Assembly: GCA_963665115.1 (NCBI GenBank)
Contig: OY762007.1
Location: 5,920,001 to 5,984,000 of the forward strand
Direction: 5' to 3'
DNA from: an uncultured Rivularia sp.
GTDB taxonomy: Bacteria; Cyanobacteriota; Cyanobacteriia; Cyanobacteriales; Nostocaceae
DNA length: 64,000 nt
Below, piece by piece: positions 50,148-60,009 of this stretch. Every line of letters begins with the position of its first letter. Positions within the stretch are counted from its first letter, which is position 1. Below the pieces are notes generated by a model. It had not been told where the DNA came from, did not search any database, and saw only the letters and a program-made list of their open reading frames with translations. Position numbers and translations under genes: made by a program.

Positions 50148-50665
50148 CTTAACAGTAATTCCTGAAAAATTGGAAGTACTTGATTCGTATTTCATTTTGA
50201 TTGACTATTTGTCGATTTTGGTTACTGTTTACTTGAGTAGCGCTTCACTTTGGCTTTACTTAATATTTTGCTGAACTTTCACTGAGTATCGAATTTTAAT
50301 TGATTGATTACTCATTCCTTCTTCCTTGAGTCAGTCAAGATTGTATTCGCAGTTCGCAAAACCTAAAAGCAACTACTAGAAACACGTTTAATCAAGGATT
50401 TATCTCTTTCTTTCCCCATTTATCCGCTAGCTAACTTAATTTTTATTCCTGTTTTATTGAACTTTGATTAATGTTGAGTACTGAGAGAGTTATAAATGTA
50501 TCTATGCTATTATTTCATTTAGCTTTTTGTTTGCTCAGTATTTAATTGAGGATTTAATTAACTTTGAATAACTCGACTTTAATTATTAATTCCTACTAAA
50601 AAAATTGCAACTAACTTCAATAGTCGCATCAAAAAATTTCTAATTTTCTAGATTATAAATATTAG

Positions 50666-50875
50666 TTAAACATCTGGAAAATGCTTTATTACCCCATCAA
50701 TCCCGCACCCCAGAACATTGCATAACCTATCAAGAATATCAAACGATACGCGCTGTGGTTTGTTCTGCTCTAATTTCTCTACATAACTAACTGATATCTC
50801 AGCCCGGTCTGCTAACTCTTGACGTGACATACCTTTTGTTTGTCGTGTCTCTTTTAGCACAATTATCACTGTCAT
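50666..50875 (-). CDS. Small XRE/Cro-like HTH regulator
   Basis: MSRQELADRAEISVSYVEKLE...LDRLCNVLGC. Confidence 0.85.
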   Translation of the reverse strand: MTVIIVLKETRQTKGMSRQELADRAEISVSYVEKLEQNKPQRVSFDILDRLCNVLGCGIDGVIKHFPDV

Positions 50876-51100
50876 TTATAACCCTTACTTATAGATGCCA
50901 AAACTACAAGCGCTATCGCAATCCACAGCATACCAATAAACACACGGTGCTTGCTACCCTCCCCCGCTCCATACTAGTTTCTTATACCTTGTCGCCTCTA
51001 GCACGGCGCGTGCTACCGTAGAGAAGTAAACAACAACTCAAGTGAAAGAAAATAAGTTAGAAACTAGGCTAAAGATTAAATCAATCATTGATAATTAGAT

Positions 51101-51484
51101 ATGCAAATCTCTGATTTTATAATCGAGCGCAAACATAAAAATGATGTTGCTCAATTATTAGGAATTACACCGCAATGGCTGCATGCTTGTTATCTAAAGG
51201 TAGCAGAACAAGTCACGGATTTTATCTTTGATTATCCTCAGCTTGGTAATACTTACCGCAAGCGCTCAGGGCTTACAAACTATCAAATATGGGTATTGAA
51301 AAATCTCGTCGCACTAGTCAAAGGAGGAATGACTACAACCGAAATGGTCTATCAGGATAGTGATGGAATGACGGTTTTTAATGAACAATTGGATAGTTTC
51401 TTATCAAAAGAAAACTACTTAAAGACTGAGACTACTGAGACTGAAGAGCAAGAAGTACAAAATGCAGAATTAGTCATTAATTAA
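51101..51484 (+). CDS. Hypothetical protein, possible HTH
   Basis: KNDVAQLLGITPQWL; first gene of plus-strand operon. Confidence 0.65.
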   Translation: MQISDFIIERKHKNDVAQLLGITPQWLHACYLKVAEQVTDFIFDYPQLGNTYRKRSGLTNYQIWVLKNLVALVKGGMTTTEMVYQDSDGMTVFNEQLDSFLSKENYLKTETTETEEQEVQNAELVIN

Positions 51485-51495
51485 GGAGTAAAATC

Positions 51496-52071
51496 ATGAA
51501 TCTCAAGCAAGCATCCATTAAGTTAAATAGCACTGAAGAATTAGTGCTCAAAGGGAGTATAGAACTGTTTGGGGCTGTGCCTAAAAGTTATGATGCTGCA
51601 CACATTGAAAAATTAAGTCAGCACCTAAGTCAAAAGCAATTACCTCAAACTGGTTCATTATCTAATGAGAATTCAGGCAAGGTTTCAACAAATGACCAAG
51701 CAGAGAATTTAAATGTCTTCAGCCAAGAACGCACAGAAAAGCGCATCAAACGGTTGTACGAAGCTGGTTCTATGGTCGGTAAGTCGGAAGCTCAAGCCTT
51801 CAACACAGCTAGAAACGACGCTTTTTTAAAAGGGGTTCAGGGTAATGACGACCAAGCATTTTATGATTTCATCAATGGAGCAATTCAACACACTATTCAC
51901 AACAGCCACTTCTCTCGGAACGTGGATAGATTAAACGGTAAAAGAGAAGTTCAAGAAGTGCAGATTGAAAGCTTTGAACAGCCTACAGACGATTCCCTCA
52001 AGTATCTGACTTTGGAAGAAGATAATGCATTAGCACGCGGCTGGGCAAAGCTCTTAAACCCCGGTCAATAA
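51496..52071 (+). CDS. Hypothetical protein
   Basis: 191-aa ORF, AAGGAG RBS. Confidence 0.7.
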   Translation: MNLKQASIKLNSTEELVLKGSIELFGAVPKSYDAAHIEKLSQHLSQKQLPQTGSLSNENSGKVSTNDQAENLNVFSQERTEKRIKRLYEAGSMVGKSEAQAFNTARNDAFLKGVQGNDDQAFYDFINGAIQHTIHNSHFSRNVDRLNGKREVQEVQIESFEQPTDDSLKYLTLEEDNALARGWAKLLNPGQ

Positions 52072-52138
52072 ATACAAAAGAGCAGCCCTCTCGCTAGGCT
52101 GCTTCGCTCCAAAATAATGTAATTACTTAGGACTATAA

Positions 52139-52489
52139 TTGATGCAATTCTCATTACTAGATACCAGCAGTATAGATTCGGAATGCCTAGAAGAGTCAGA
52201 TTTTGAAGCTGAACGCTCTCGCATTCAAAACCGAGTTGATGCAATAAAGCAAGCTGGTGGACTGGTTGCTCCAATCATCTGTTGGCAGTCAGGGTTCGAT
52301 CAAGAGGAACAAGCTTTTGCTTATGAAGCATTTGAGGAGGAAACCAACCTTTTAAATACTCTTGCAATGATGAAGCTTTACCGTGAAGACTCACGCAGAT
52401 GGCATCTAACGAATGCTTGGGTAGTTGACAATATTGAACAAGCCGAAGTTTTAGCACAACAGTACTTATTGATTTGTGGAATTGAATAA
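52139..52489 (+). CDS. Hypothetical protein
   Basis: 116-aa ORF in operon. Confidence 0.55.
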   Translation: MMQFSLLDTSSIDSECLEESDFEAERSRIQNRVDAIKQAGGLVAPIICWQSGFDQEEQAFAYEAFEEETNLLNTLAMMKLYREDSRRWHLTNAWVVDNIEQAEVLAQQYLLICGIE

Positions 52490-52825
52490 TGAAACACTCA
52501 AATCAATATATTTCTTGGATTAATTCAAAAGAATGGAAAGCGGTCTGCGAGGAAATGTCAAAGTCTAACTAATAATCACTGCATTTTATTCCCTTGGCTT
52601 GCGGAGCCGACATTGCCATCATTTAACTTACAGAAATATGACAAGAGAAATACCGATTAGGGATACCGTAGCTCTGTCGGTTACGGCTCATAATATTGTT
52701 CACTGGAAGATATTTTGGAAAAACAAAAACGTAAGACCATATATTAATTACGTTTTACGGTTTTGTATGATATTTTCTATTTTCTTTTGGTCAACTATTG
52801 GACTTTTAATTAAATATTCAAAACA

Positions 52826-53281
52826 ATGAGTTTACGAGTATTAAGTTATGGCGCTTCAAGTTTAGGCTTGCTGTTAATAGCAATTCCTGTTTTACCCAGT
52901 ACGATTGGGAGTATTCAAACTGCAATCAGAACTCAGCAATTAGAGGTTGAGCAAAAACTAGCGCAAGACAATATTAAACGTCAGGAAGAATTAAAAAGGT
53001 TTGGCTATCACGAACGTCAACAAACTTTAGATAAAGCATCAAAAATTGGAGAACATATCGAATACAAACAAATAACAGTTGAGAATTACTCATTTTCTGT
53101 AAATCATCCTCCTAAGCTTGATATGCGGGCTTTTAAACCCAACGAGCATATTCAAGTTTTTGATAATAACGGCGTTTGTATTGGAAGAATTCGCAATCAA
53201 AAGTTTGAATTCAAAGTGCATTATCTTAACACTTGTTTAACCATTAATCCAACAGATAAAACTCAAGGAAGGAATCAATAA
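52826..53281 (+). CDS. Hypothetical membrane-anchored protein
   Basis: N-terminal hydrophobic segment followed by short coiled coil. Confidence 0.65.
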   Translation: MSLRVLSYGASSLGLLLIAIPVLPSTIGSIQTAIRTQQLEVEQKLAQDNIKRQEELKRFGYHERQQTLDKASKIGEHIEYKQITVENYSFSVNHPPKLDMRAFKPNEHIQVFDNNGVCIGRIRNQKFEFKVHYLNTCLTINPTDKTQGRNQ

Positions 53282-53283
53282 AG

Positions 53284-54003
53284 ATGGCAGTAAATAGTAA
53301 CAGAAAGGGAACCCGCTCGCAGTCTTACAGCGCTACTTCAACTAAAAAAAAATCCGGTGGTTTTGGTCAAACACTATCCAATATTGTTTTGTTTATACCT
53401 CGGATAAGTGCTGATGTTTTAGTTTGGTTGCTTCAAGGTCGAGGTCGAGAATTAATGCTCTGGGGTGTAGTAATCTGGGGAATTTTAGTTGGTGCCGATT
53501 CTCTCTGGGTTGCTAACTATGGAACACCAGCACTTATCGGTTTCGGCATGAAAGAAGGAACGCCAGCACTAGGAGTTTTTGATTCACTATCAATATTACT
53601 CACAAACAGATGGTCACAATTAGCCACGGTTATTGGTGGGTCGATGGTTCTGCAAGTGGTTGAGGGTTTTACTCTTCACTCGATAACTCCAGAACAAGCA
53701 AAGCATAAGCTTGACCATTATTCTAAATACGATGTGGGTGAAGCTCCAAAGGGCAAGATAGCACGAGCGTCGATTGCTCATACCGAGTACAAGTTTGCAG
53801 GAGTCAAAGGATATTTGCTGGTAGCTCTCGCTGGTGGTATTTGCTGGATTATCGATATCTCTAACACTTTCGCTACTCATGACCCGATGCTCTATTGGGG
53901 CAATCCTGGCAAGGTGCTGTGGGTTGCTCTAATGAATATCTTTCGGGTAATTCTTCCAGAAACCGCGATCGCAATCTTGCTTAAAGCTATGAATAAGGAT
54001 TAA
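53284..54003 (+). CDS. Hypothetical multi-pass membrane protein
   Basis: Basic N-terminus, 3-4 hydrophobic segments. Confidence 0.7.
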   Translation: MAVNSNRKGTRSQSYSATSTKKKSGGFGQTLSNIVLFIPRISADVLVWLLQGRGRELMLWGVVIWGILVGADSLWVANYGTPALIGFGMKEGTPALGVFDSLSILLTNRWSQLATVIGGSMVLQVVEGFTLHSITPEQAKHKLDHYSKYDVGEAPKGKIARASIAHTEYKFAGVKGYLLVALAGGICWIIDISNTFATHDPMLYWGNPGKVLWVALMNIFRVILPETAIAILLKAMNKD

Positions 54004-54085
54004 TACCATAAAAAAAGCTCCCAAAAGTGTCTGTACAGGATTCTAGACCTGCGGGGGCATTCGTAATTTAGTACTTACTACCATT

Positions 54086-55966
54086 ATGGCTATACGAAAA
54101 AATCATCAAAAATTTATTCAAAAATCTCAACCTGTAACTAATAGTCTTGATGAAGGGGAAAAAGCAACTGTTGAAATCTCTGAAGCTAATATCAAATCTC
54201 AGCAAGCACTTGATAAGTTACGTCGTCAGAAGATTGGTTATCCCGATACTGAAATCCTAGAAGCAGGTGCCGTAGAGCAATGGCTTGAGGAAAGAAAGCT
54301 GCAATTGATAGAAGATGCGTCCCAGACTCGTAACCATTCCGGTTTCGCTCAAAGCTTTGGTGTTGCTGTAGTTGTTACTGGTTTTGCAATGTCTGGGGGT
54401 ACTATGGCTGCTTTATCCCCCATCATTATCGGCTTAGGCGCTATCGGATATTGCACTTCATTGGTAGATACCAAAGCCCGAATCAATAAAATGTTTCCCG
54501 TACCATTCTTGAATCTTTCACCCTCCAAGTTAGTCCACAAGCTTAGTCCCGATCTACGGGAGATGCAAAGTGATTTACCCGAAGAGTACGATAAATTAGA
54601 TTTCTTGCCATTTGATAAAGCTCGTGAATTGTTAATGCTGACTGATTATCAAAGCATGATTATTCAGTTGCTAGAGCAAGTGGAGACAGGTAAAAGATTT
54701 GCAATCTATCAGGTACTTAAACAAGCAGCTATTAATTATGATTTTGGGGAAAACGCGAAAGCTATAGCAGCAAGCGTTAATAAAAATATTGATGCTATCG
54801 TCATTGACCCAACTTTGGATAAAGAAGTAGTTGAAAATATACAGTTGCAAATTAACCCACCTGTAGATGAATTAGAAACTGAAATTGAACAATTAGAATC
54901 TGTTGAGAAAATAAACTTTACCTTACCAATGGATGAGGTAAGACTTGAGGAATTAGAAGCAAATAATCAACATAAGCCAGAAGATTTAATTCCCGAATTT
55001 GCGAGGGAACCAAGAAACACAATGATTGTTGGCGCGGGTGGTACTGGTAAAGGAATTGTTGTCAGTAACCTTTTAAGAGCATTCAAAGCTAAGCATCCAG
55101 ATTATTTTGTAATAGTTTTTGACCCAAAGGGAGACTCTAAAGAAAAAGGTTATTTTGAAGGTTGTGTGGATAAATTATTTAGTTATGACTCACTCGGTAA
55201 GACCGCAAAAGATAAGTATCTTGCATATGAAAAAATGTGGGAAGGCTTTTATGAAATACTTCGCGAACGCGGCTCAAAAATCCTTCTAGTTATTGATGAA
55301 GCGACGACGATGGGCGTTACTTATAAGCTTGTCAAAAAATCAGATGACCTACGCTCCAAAATCTCAGACCTACCAAATCTTGGCGGTTCCTCAGCAGTTT
55401 ATAACATGATAATCGCTCAGAACACTCACTGCGAAGACCTTGGAATCAACAAAGGTATTCAAAATAACTATGCTCGTATCGGTTTGATTTCTCTCAAGAA
55501 AGGTGAAGGTCAAACCTCTTTTGAAACCATGCAAAGAACTAAATTTCTAGCCGATTGTAAATATAGTTGGAATGATGTTCGAGTTACTGCCGAAAAATCA
55601 CCTCGTAAAAGAGCATTTTATTTCAGTAAGTTTGAGTGCTGGCTACCTATACCTGAGATGACCAACTATAGTGGATACGACCGTGATAATGATACATTTA
55701 CTACTGCTTCTGACAATCAAAAGACCAAGCTTCAAACTATTCACGCTCCGCGTGTGGATCATCAAGATACTAAGATTCAAGCTGCACAAGATGAAATTGA
55801 ATTGGTATTTCAAAAACTTCTAGATGCTCCCACTACTGATATTAAAGAAGCAATCAGAAGTACTAATCCAGGTATTTCGGATAGCGCTTTAGATAAAGTT
55901 ATATTCAAGATTCGGAGTGAGGCGATCGCAAGAAATAACCAAGCACTGCTGAGCAAATTCTTTTAG
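54086..55966 (+). CDS. Membrane-anchored P-loop ATPase (FtsK/HerA/VirB4-VirD4-like)
   Basis: Two TM segments; Walker A GAGGTGKG; VFDPK; Walker B LLVIDE; IIAQ. Confidence 0.8.
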   Translation: MAIRKNHQKFIQKSQPVTNSLDEGEKATVEISEANIKSQQALDKLRRQKIGYPDTEILEAGAVEQWLEERKLQLIEDASQTRNHSGFAQSFGVAVVVTGFAMSGGTMAALSPIIIGLGAIGYCTSLVDTKARINKMFPVPFLNLSPSKLVHKLSPDLREMQSDLPEEYDKLDFLPFDKARELLMLTDYQSMIIQLLEQVETGKRFAIYQVLKQAAINYDFGENAKAIAASVNKNIDAIVIDPTLDKEVVENIQLQINPPVDELETEIEQLESVEKINFTLPMDEVRLEELEANNQHKPEDLIPEFAREPRNTMIVGAGGTGKGIVVSNLLRAFKAKHPDYFVIVFDPKGDSKEKGYFEGCVDKLFSYDSLGKTAKDKYLAYEKMWEGFYEILRERGSKILLVIDEATTMGVTYKLVKKSDDLRSKISDLPNLGGSSAVYNMIIAQNTHCEDLGINKGIQNNYARIGLISLKKGEGQTSFETMQRTKFLADCKYSWNDVRVTAEKSPRKRAFYFSKFECWLPIPEMTNYSGYDRDNDTFTTASDNQKTKLQTIHAPRVDHQDTKIQAAQDEIELVFQKLLDAPTTDIKEAIRSTNPGISDSALDKVIFKIRSEAIARNNQALLSKFF

Positions 55967-56055
55967 TTGAAAATTTAAGCAATTTTTGAACATAGGACTA
56001 AGGCTGCGCGTCACAACAAATGGCAGACTGGCACATACCTTTAAAATTTAAGTAA

Positions 56056-56229
56056 ATGCACTTCTTCCTTATTCCAAAAAGCGTTCCGGGACTTGAAGAT
56101 GCAAATCTTATTGAGCTCGTTAACTTTTTCAAACGCACTCGACAAAGACAATACGATTATTCTTGTACTGATTTCATTGAACAAGCGGAAGTTTTTATTG
56201 AAGAATTAGACGCGACTATTCGAGTTTAA
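56056..56229 (+). CDS. Small hypothetical protein (57 aa)
   Basis: MHFFLIPKSVPGLEDANL...; below ORF-track cut-off. Confidence 0.35.
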   Translation: MHFFLIPKSVPGLEDANLIELVNFFKRTRQRQYDYSCTDFIEQAEVFIEELDATIRV

Positions 56230-56855
56230 AACAACAGAATTATTGTTAGCGATAACTCAAATAAAGTTCATATTTTTGCTTACAATGGTTCATCAATTTG
56301 GGTTAACAATCGTGCGTGTACTCATTCAATTTAAATCAAGAACCAAAAAATATTCCTGCGTAAGGCTTAATAATTTTTTTTAGCGATAGTCAAAAATATG
56401 CTCGCTATATAATCTGCACTATTAGTCAAGGTGTAGTATGAGTTAAGTAGCTATAATCCTTATATAAAGAGCTTTTTACCATATTATCATTTCGGATAAT
56501 GTGGCTGTGCGATTAATAAACCCGCTTAAAATCACCTCGGTTATACAGGACTAAATTAAAAGTCTGTTTTGCCAAACTCTATTTACCTACCAGGCTAATA
56601 GCTGAAAATTTCAACAGCTTATAATTTTAATTTTGCATTCATTTTGATTCAAAATTAATCGGTTTTGAATTTATAAAAACCTCCAGAGGGAAGACTGATT
56701 TTATTGTTAGTCATCGTGGAGCCTAGAAATGGGGATAAGAGGATATGAAAAGAGTGAAAGTACTATGATATGGTGTGATGTGGTGGTTGAAGCCAGATTG
56801 AAAATCTTTTACTTTCTAAGGGCGAACATTAACCGATATACCATCGTACTCTTCT

Positions 56856-57491
56856 CTAAGATGCTGTAATAATTCTTCCTAAATATTTGAGAATTCTTAA
56901 AACTTCGTTCAGATTATTTCGATACTGCGACCTAGTTGAAAACAAATCAGAAACACCATACTGTTTACCTAAAGTTTTGACAAACAAATGACTGCTACCA
57001 TTCGTTATCATTCCGTACAGGGGCTGTTCTGGTTTTGGATGAGTTGCCATATAAGCTAGTGTCTGAGGAATTGCTAACTCCAAATCAAAGGTTGTCTTCT
57101 TTGATTCAATTAGTACAATCCACAATTTACCCTGTAAAACTAAAGCATCAATACGTCCTCGTAAAATTTCTTCGTTATCTCCTAATGCTTCAATTTCCAC
57201 AGATACTTCGGTTTTAAATCTGTAAGGTGACTGATAGAAACCTGCTAGTTCTAGTAACGGTGAAAGCACCACCATTTTGACAGTTTCTTCTAAAAGACTT
57301 CCACCTGAAATTTGATAAAGATAATTTTCTCGAACTTGTTCCAATCTTATTTCTTCTGCTTCACTCAGCAGAGGTAAATCATCCATCCATTCGGTAAAAA
57401 ACTGGCGTTCGTCACTAAGTTTTAATCCTAGTTTTTCCTCAATTTGGGTGAGGGTGGTTATGTTTTCTGCAATAGCTATATTAGTTGTCAT
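56856..57491 (-). CDS. PD-(D/E)xK protein of HsdR-N-like (type I restriction R subunit N-terminal) family
   Basis: LRGRIDALV...IESK, QTLAYM, GMITNG. Confidence 0.8.
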   Translation of the reverse strand: MTTNIAIAENITTLTQIEEKLGLKLSDERQFFTEWMDDLPLLSEAEEIRLEQVRENYLYQISGGSLLEETVKMVVLSPLLELAGFYQSPYRFKTEVSVEIEALGDNEEILRGRIDALVLQGKLWIVLIESKKTTFDLELAIPQTLAYMATHPKPEQPLYGMITNGSSHLFVKTLGKQYGVSDLFSTRSQYRNNLNEVLRILKYLGRIITAS

Positions 57492-57939
57492 ATTTCACTT
57501 CAAAATTTAATTTAAAAATGCTCTCGATTTCTTTAACTGTGTAATTACCTTGCTATATATACATTTCATTCCCTAAAATCTGTTTTACACCATCTTTACA
57601 CCATTTGATATTTTACTGTTTCAGAAATACCTATGAAAGTTATGTTCCTGTGCTGGCAAGCTTTTGGTATTATCACTTAGGCATTTTTATTCCTTAAAAT
57701 CACACTATGAAATAAATAGTAAGTAAATATAGTCACTATTATTTTTCACGTACTGCCAGTATTAAATTAATTTTATTTTATTGTGAATTCTATAATTGAT
57801 ATATTCTGCAAGAAAAACTACGTGCTAATCCTAAATCTTAATTAAAGCAAGAAATCTCAGTAAAAAGCTATGAGAGTTCACTAAATAATCAACATAACAA
57901 AGTACAATTGAACTAAAATTTAGTAAACCTAATTTAATT

Positions 57940-58479
57940 TTGAATGAGCCTCGAAAACTCGTAATTACTGATTTAGCCAAGGGTTTACCCGCTATTACCC
58001 CTTCCTTTGGGGCTGCCTTGGCAGAAGCTTGCGCGGTATGCTTGGAGGAACAGAAACATTCCCAGGGTGTGGAAATTACAGTAAATGGAGATTTTGATGC
58101 AAAATTTGAGTTATCCTGGCAACCAGTTACCGAACAAATGTTACGTTGCTGGAATGATGAGGAGTTTACAACAGAACAAGCAGCTTACGGTATTGCATTT
58201 TTAATTGTTAGAGAACTCACTGATTTAACGGTAATTGAACGTTCTAGGAAAGGCACAGGATTTGATTACTGGTTAGGCACTGCGGACGTAGATGAAGTGC
58301 AACCCTTTAAAAATAAAGTTAGGCTTGAAGTATCTGGTATACGAAAGGGTGATTCAAGTCGTGTCAAAGCTAGGATAAAACAGAAAAAGGAACAAACCGA
58401 AGTCTCAGATGGTCAATTTCTTGCATATATTATCATTGTCGAATTTAGTACACCTCTATCTTATGTAGAAAGCAAATGA
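57940..58479 (+). CDS. Hypothetical protein, restriction-endonuclease-like fold
   Basis: GTGFDYWLG...RLEVSGI (D...ExS). Confidence 0.7.
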   Translation: MNEPRKLVITDLAKGLPAITPSFGAALAEACAVCLEEQKHSQGVEITVNGDFDAKFELSWQPVTEQMLRCWNDEEFTTEQAAYGIAFLIVRELTDLTVIERSRKGTGFDYWLGTADVDEVQPFKNKVRLEVSGIRKGDSSRVKARIKQKKEQTEVSDGQFLAYIIIVEFSTPLSYVESK

Positions 58480-58871
58480 GTCAAATTCAAGAAAAACATA
58501 CTACAGCGATGGATTTGGCGGAAGCAGCTTTTAGTGCAAAGCTTCGAGGTAACTTAGAACAAGCCTCGCAACTGATTCGAGAAGCATTTGAAAACGAGCA
58601 AGCAGCCGCAGAATTAATTGCTCACGAATTAGATGCAGAACCGAGCCGTTCAATTTTACATCGCAGCGCGGCAACTCTGGCGGTAGATTGTGGAGAATTC
58701 AAAGCAGCAGAACGTTTAATAGCAACAGCTTTATCAGGAAATCCTCCTGAAGAAATTGCTGAAGAATTAAAAGATTTATTTATTCAAATTAATTTACGTC
58801 CATATTTAGAACGTAATGGAATAAATATTGATAATGAAAAAATTAATGCTTTAATTTTGAAGAGTAAATAA
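58476..58871 (+). CDS. Helical/TPR-like hypothetical protein coupled to 57940 gene
   Basis: ATGA overlap; Ala-rich helices. Confidence 0.7.
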   Translation: MSQIQEKHTTAMDLAEAAFSAKLRGNLEQASQLIREAFENEQAAAELIAHELDAEPSRSILHRSAATLAVDCGEFKAAERLIATALSGNPPEEIAEELKDLFIQINLRPYLERNGINIDNEKINALILKSK

Positions 58872-58921
58872 TTGATAAAAATAAACACTCTTATAGCAAT
58901 TTACTTAATAATAGAATGGAA

Positions 58922-59344
58922 CTAGAGTGGCATTTCATTCAAATTTGGTAATTTGTGTCCTCGCCAGCGAAGAACTGACCAAGCATAAGCTTTTTGTAAC
59001 ATTAAACGGTCTGCTTTTATTCTTAACTCACTAAGTTCTTGACGTTCGCTCTTGTTTAGCTCTTCGTTACCGCTATTTTTCTCTAATAATTCTACGTGAC
59101 ATTTTTGCTGTTCGGATGTAATTTGACTCTTGGCGATAGCTAATAATTCTTTATCATCCCAGGTTTGCATTTGTAGAAGTTCTTCCTGAATTTCGACTGG
59201 TGCATTGTCGGGTGTAGGAGGTAAGTTACTGACGATGCTTTGAGCTACCAAGACTTCCAAAGGCTGCTGAGTTGCCGAGGCAATACGAGCCAATTGTTGA
59301 AAAATAGCTTGTGGGAGTTCAACCGTGACTTTTTGCGTTGCCAT
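58922..59344 (-). CDS. RHH-like putative antitoxin
   Basis: QKVTVELPQAIFQQLARIA N-terminus. Confidence 0.65.
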   Translation of the reverse strand: MATQKVTVELPQAIFQQLARIASATQQPLEVLVAQSIVSNLPPTPDNAPVEIQEELLQMQTWDDKELLAIAKSQITSEQQKCHVELLEKNSGNEELNKSERQELSELRIKADRLMLQKAYAWSVLRWRGHKLPNLNEMPL

Positions 59345-59609
59345 TGGTTGTTAGATGTTGCTTGTTTTATACTTTCAATACTAGCATTGCTAAAACTATC
59401 TGTTCTTCTTAAGAATAGTTTGTCTTATTAAAAAGTGAATTATAGAAGAATAATTTAACTTAACTCGCTTTTATGAAGCTCTGGGAGCCGGATTAACTTC
59501 ACATAGCGCCCTGGGTAAAAGCTAAAGCTATAATTAGCAATATAAGATAAGCTGACAGGACGAAACCCCAGACAATGGCAGAATTAACAATTCAAATTTA
59601 GTACGGAAC

Positions 59610-59960
59610 ATGCGAACAGGTCTGGAACATGGCGCAAAATCGTTTACCCGAATTGAAGACAGGCAATTGTTAGATGTTGCAAATGTACCGAAAGACATGA
59701 GTAAGACAGTTCAAACTGAGCCTACAGATATCCCCATAGTTTATCAAGAAGTTCTTGATTTATTAATCAAGCGCCCAACACCAGAAGAAATAATTGCTTT
59801 TAAAGTTTCACCTCAAGCTCAGTCGAGATTAGAAGAATTATTGGGAAGGAACCGCTCCGCTACACTTAATTCAATGGAATTAGCTGAATTAGATGTTTAC
59901 GAACAGTTAGAACATATGATGATTTTATTAAAAGCAAGAGCTTTCAAACGCAACGAATAA
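59610..59960 (+). CDS. Small hypothetical protein (start may be ATG 59697)
   Basis: PTPEEIIAFKVS...LLKARA pattern. Confidence 0.6.
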   Translation: MRTGLEHGAKSFTRIEDRQLLDVANVPKDMSKTVQTEPTDIPIVYQEVLDLLIKRPTPEEIIAFKVSPQAQSRLEELLGRNRSATLNSMELAELDVYEQLEHMMILLKARAFKRNE

Positions 59961-60009
59961 ACATTACTTCTAATTATATTTCAATCAAAAAATAAGCGTG
60001 TAAATATTT

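Noticed and set aside
38137..55966. Intact tailed prophage
   Set aside because: No terminase, portal, capsid, tail, lysis or integrase genes recognised
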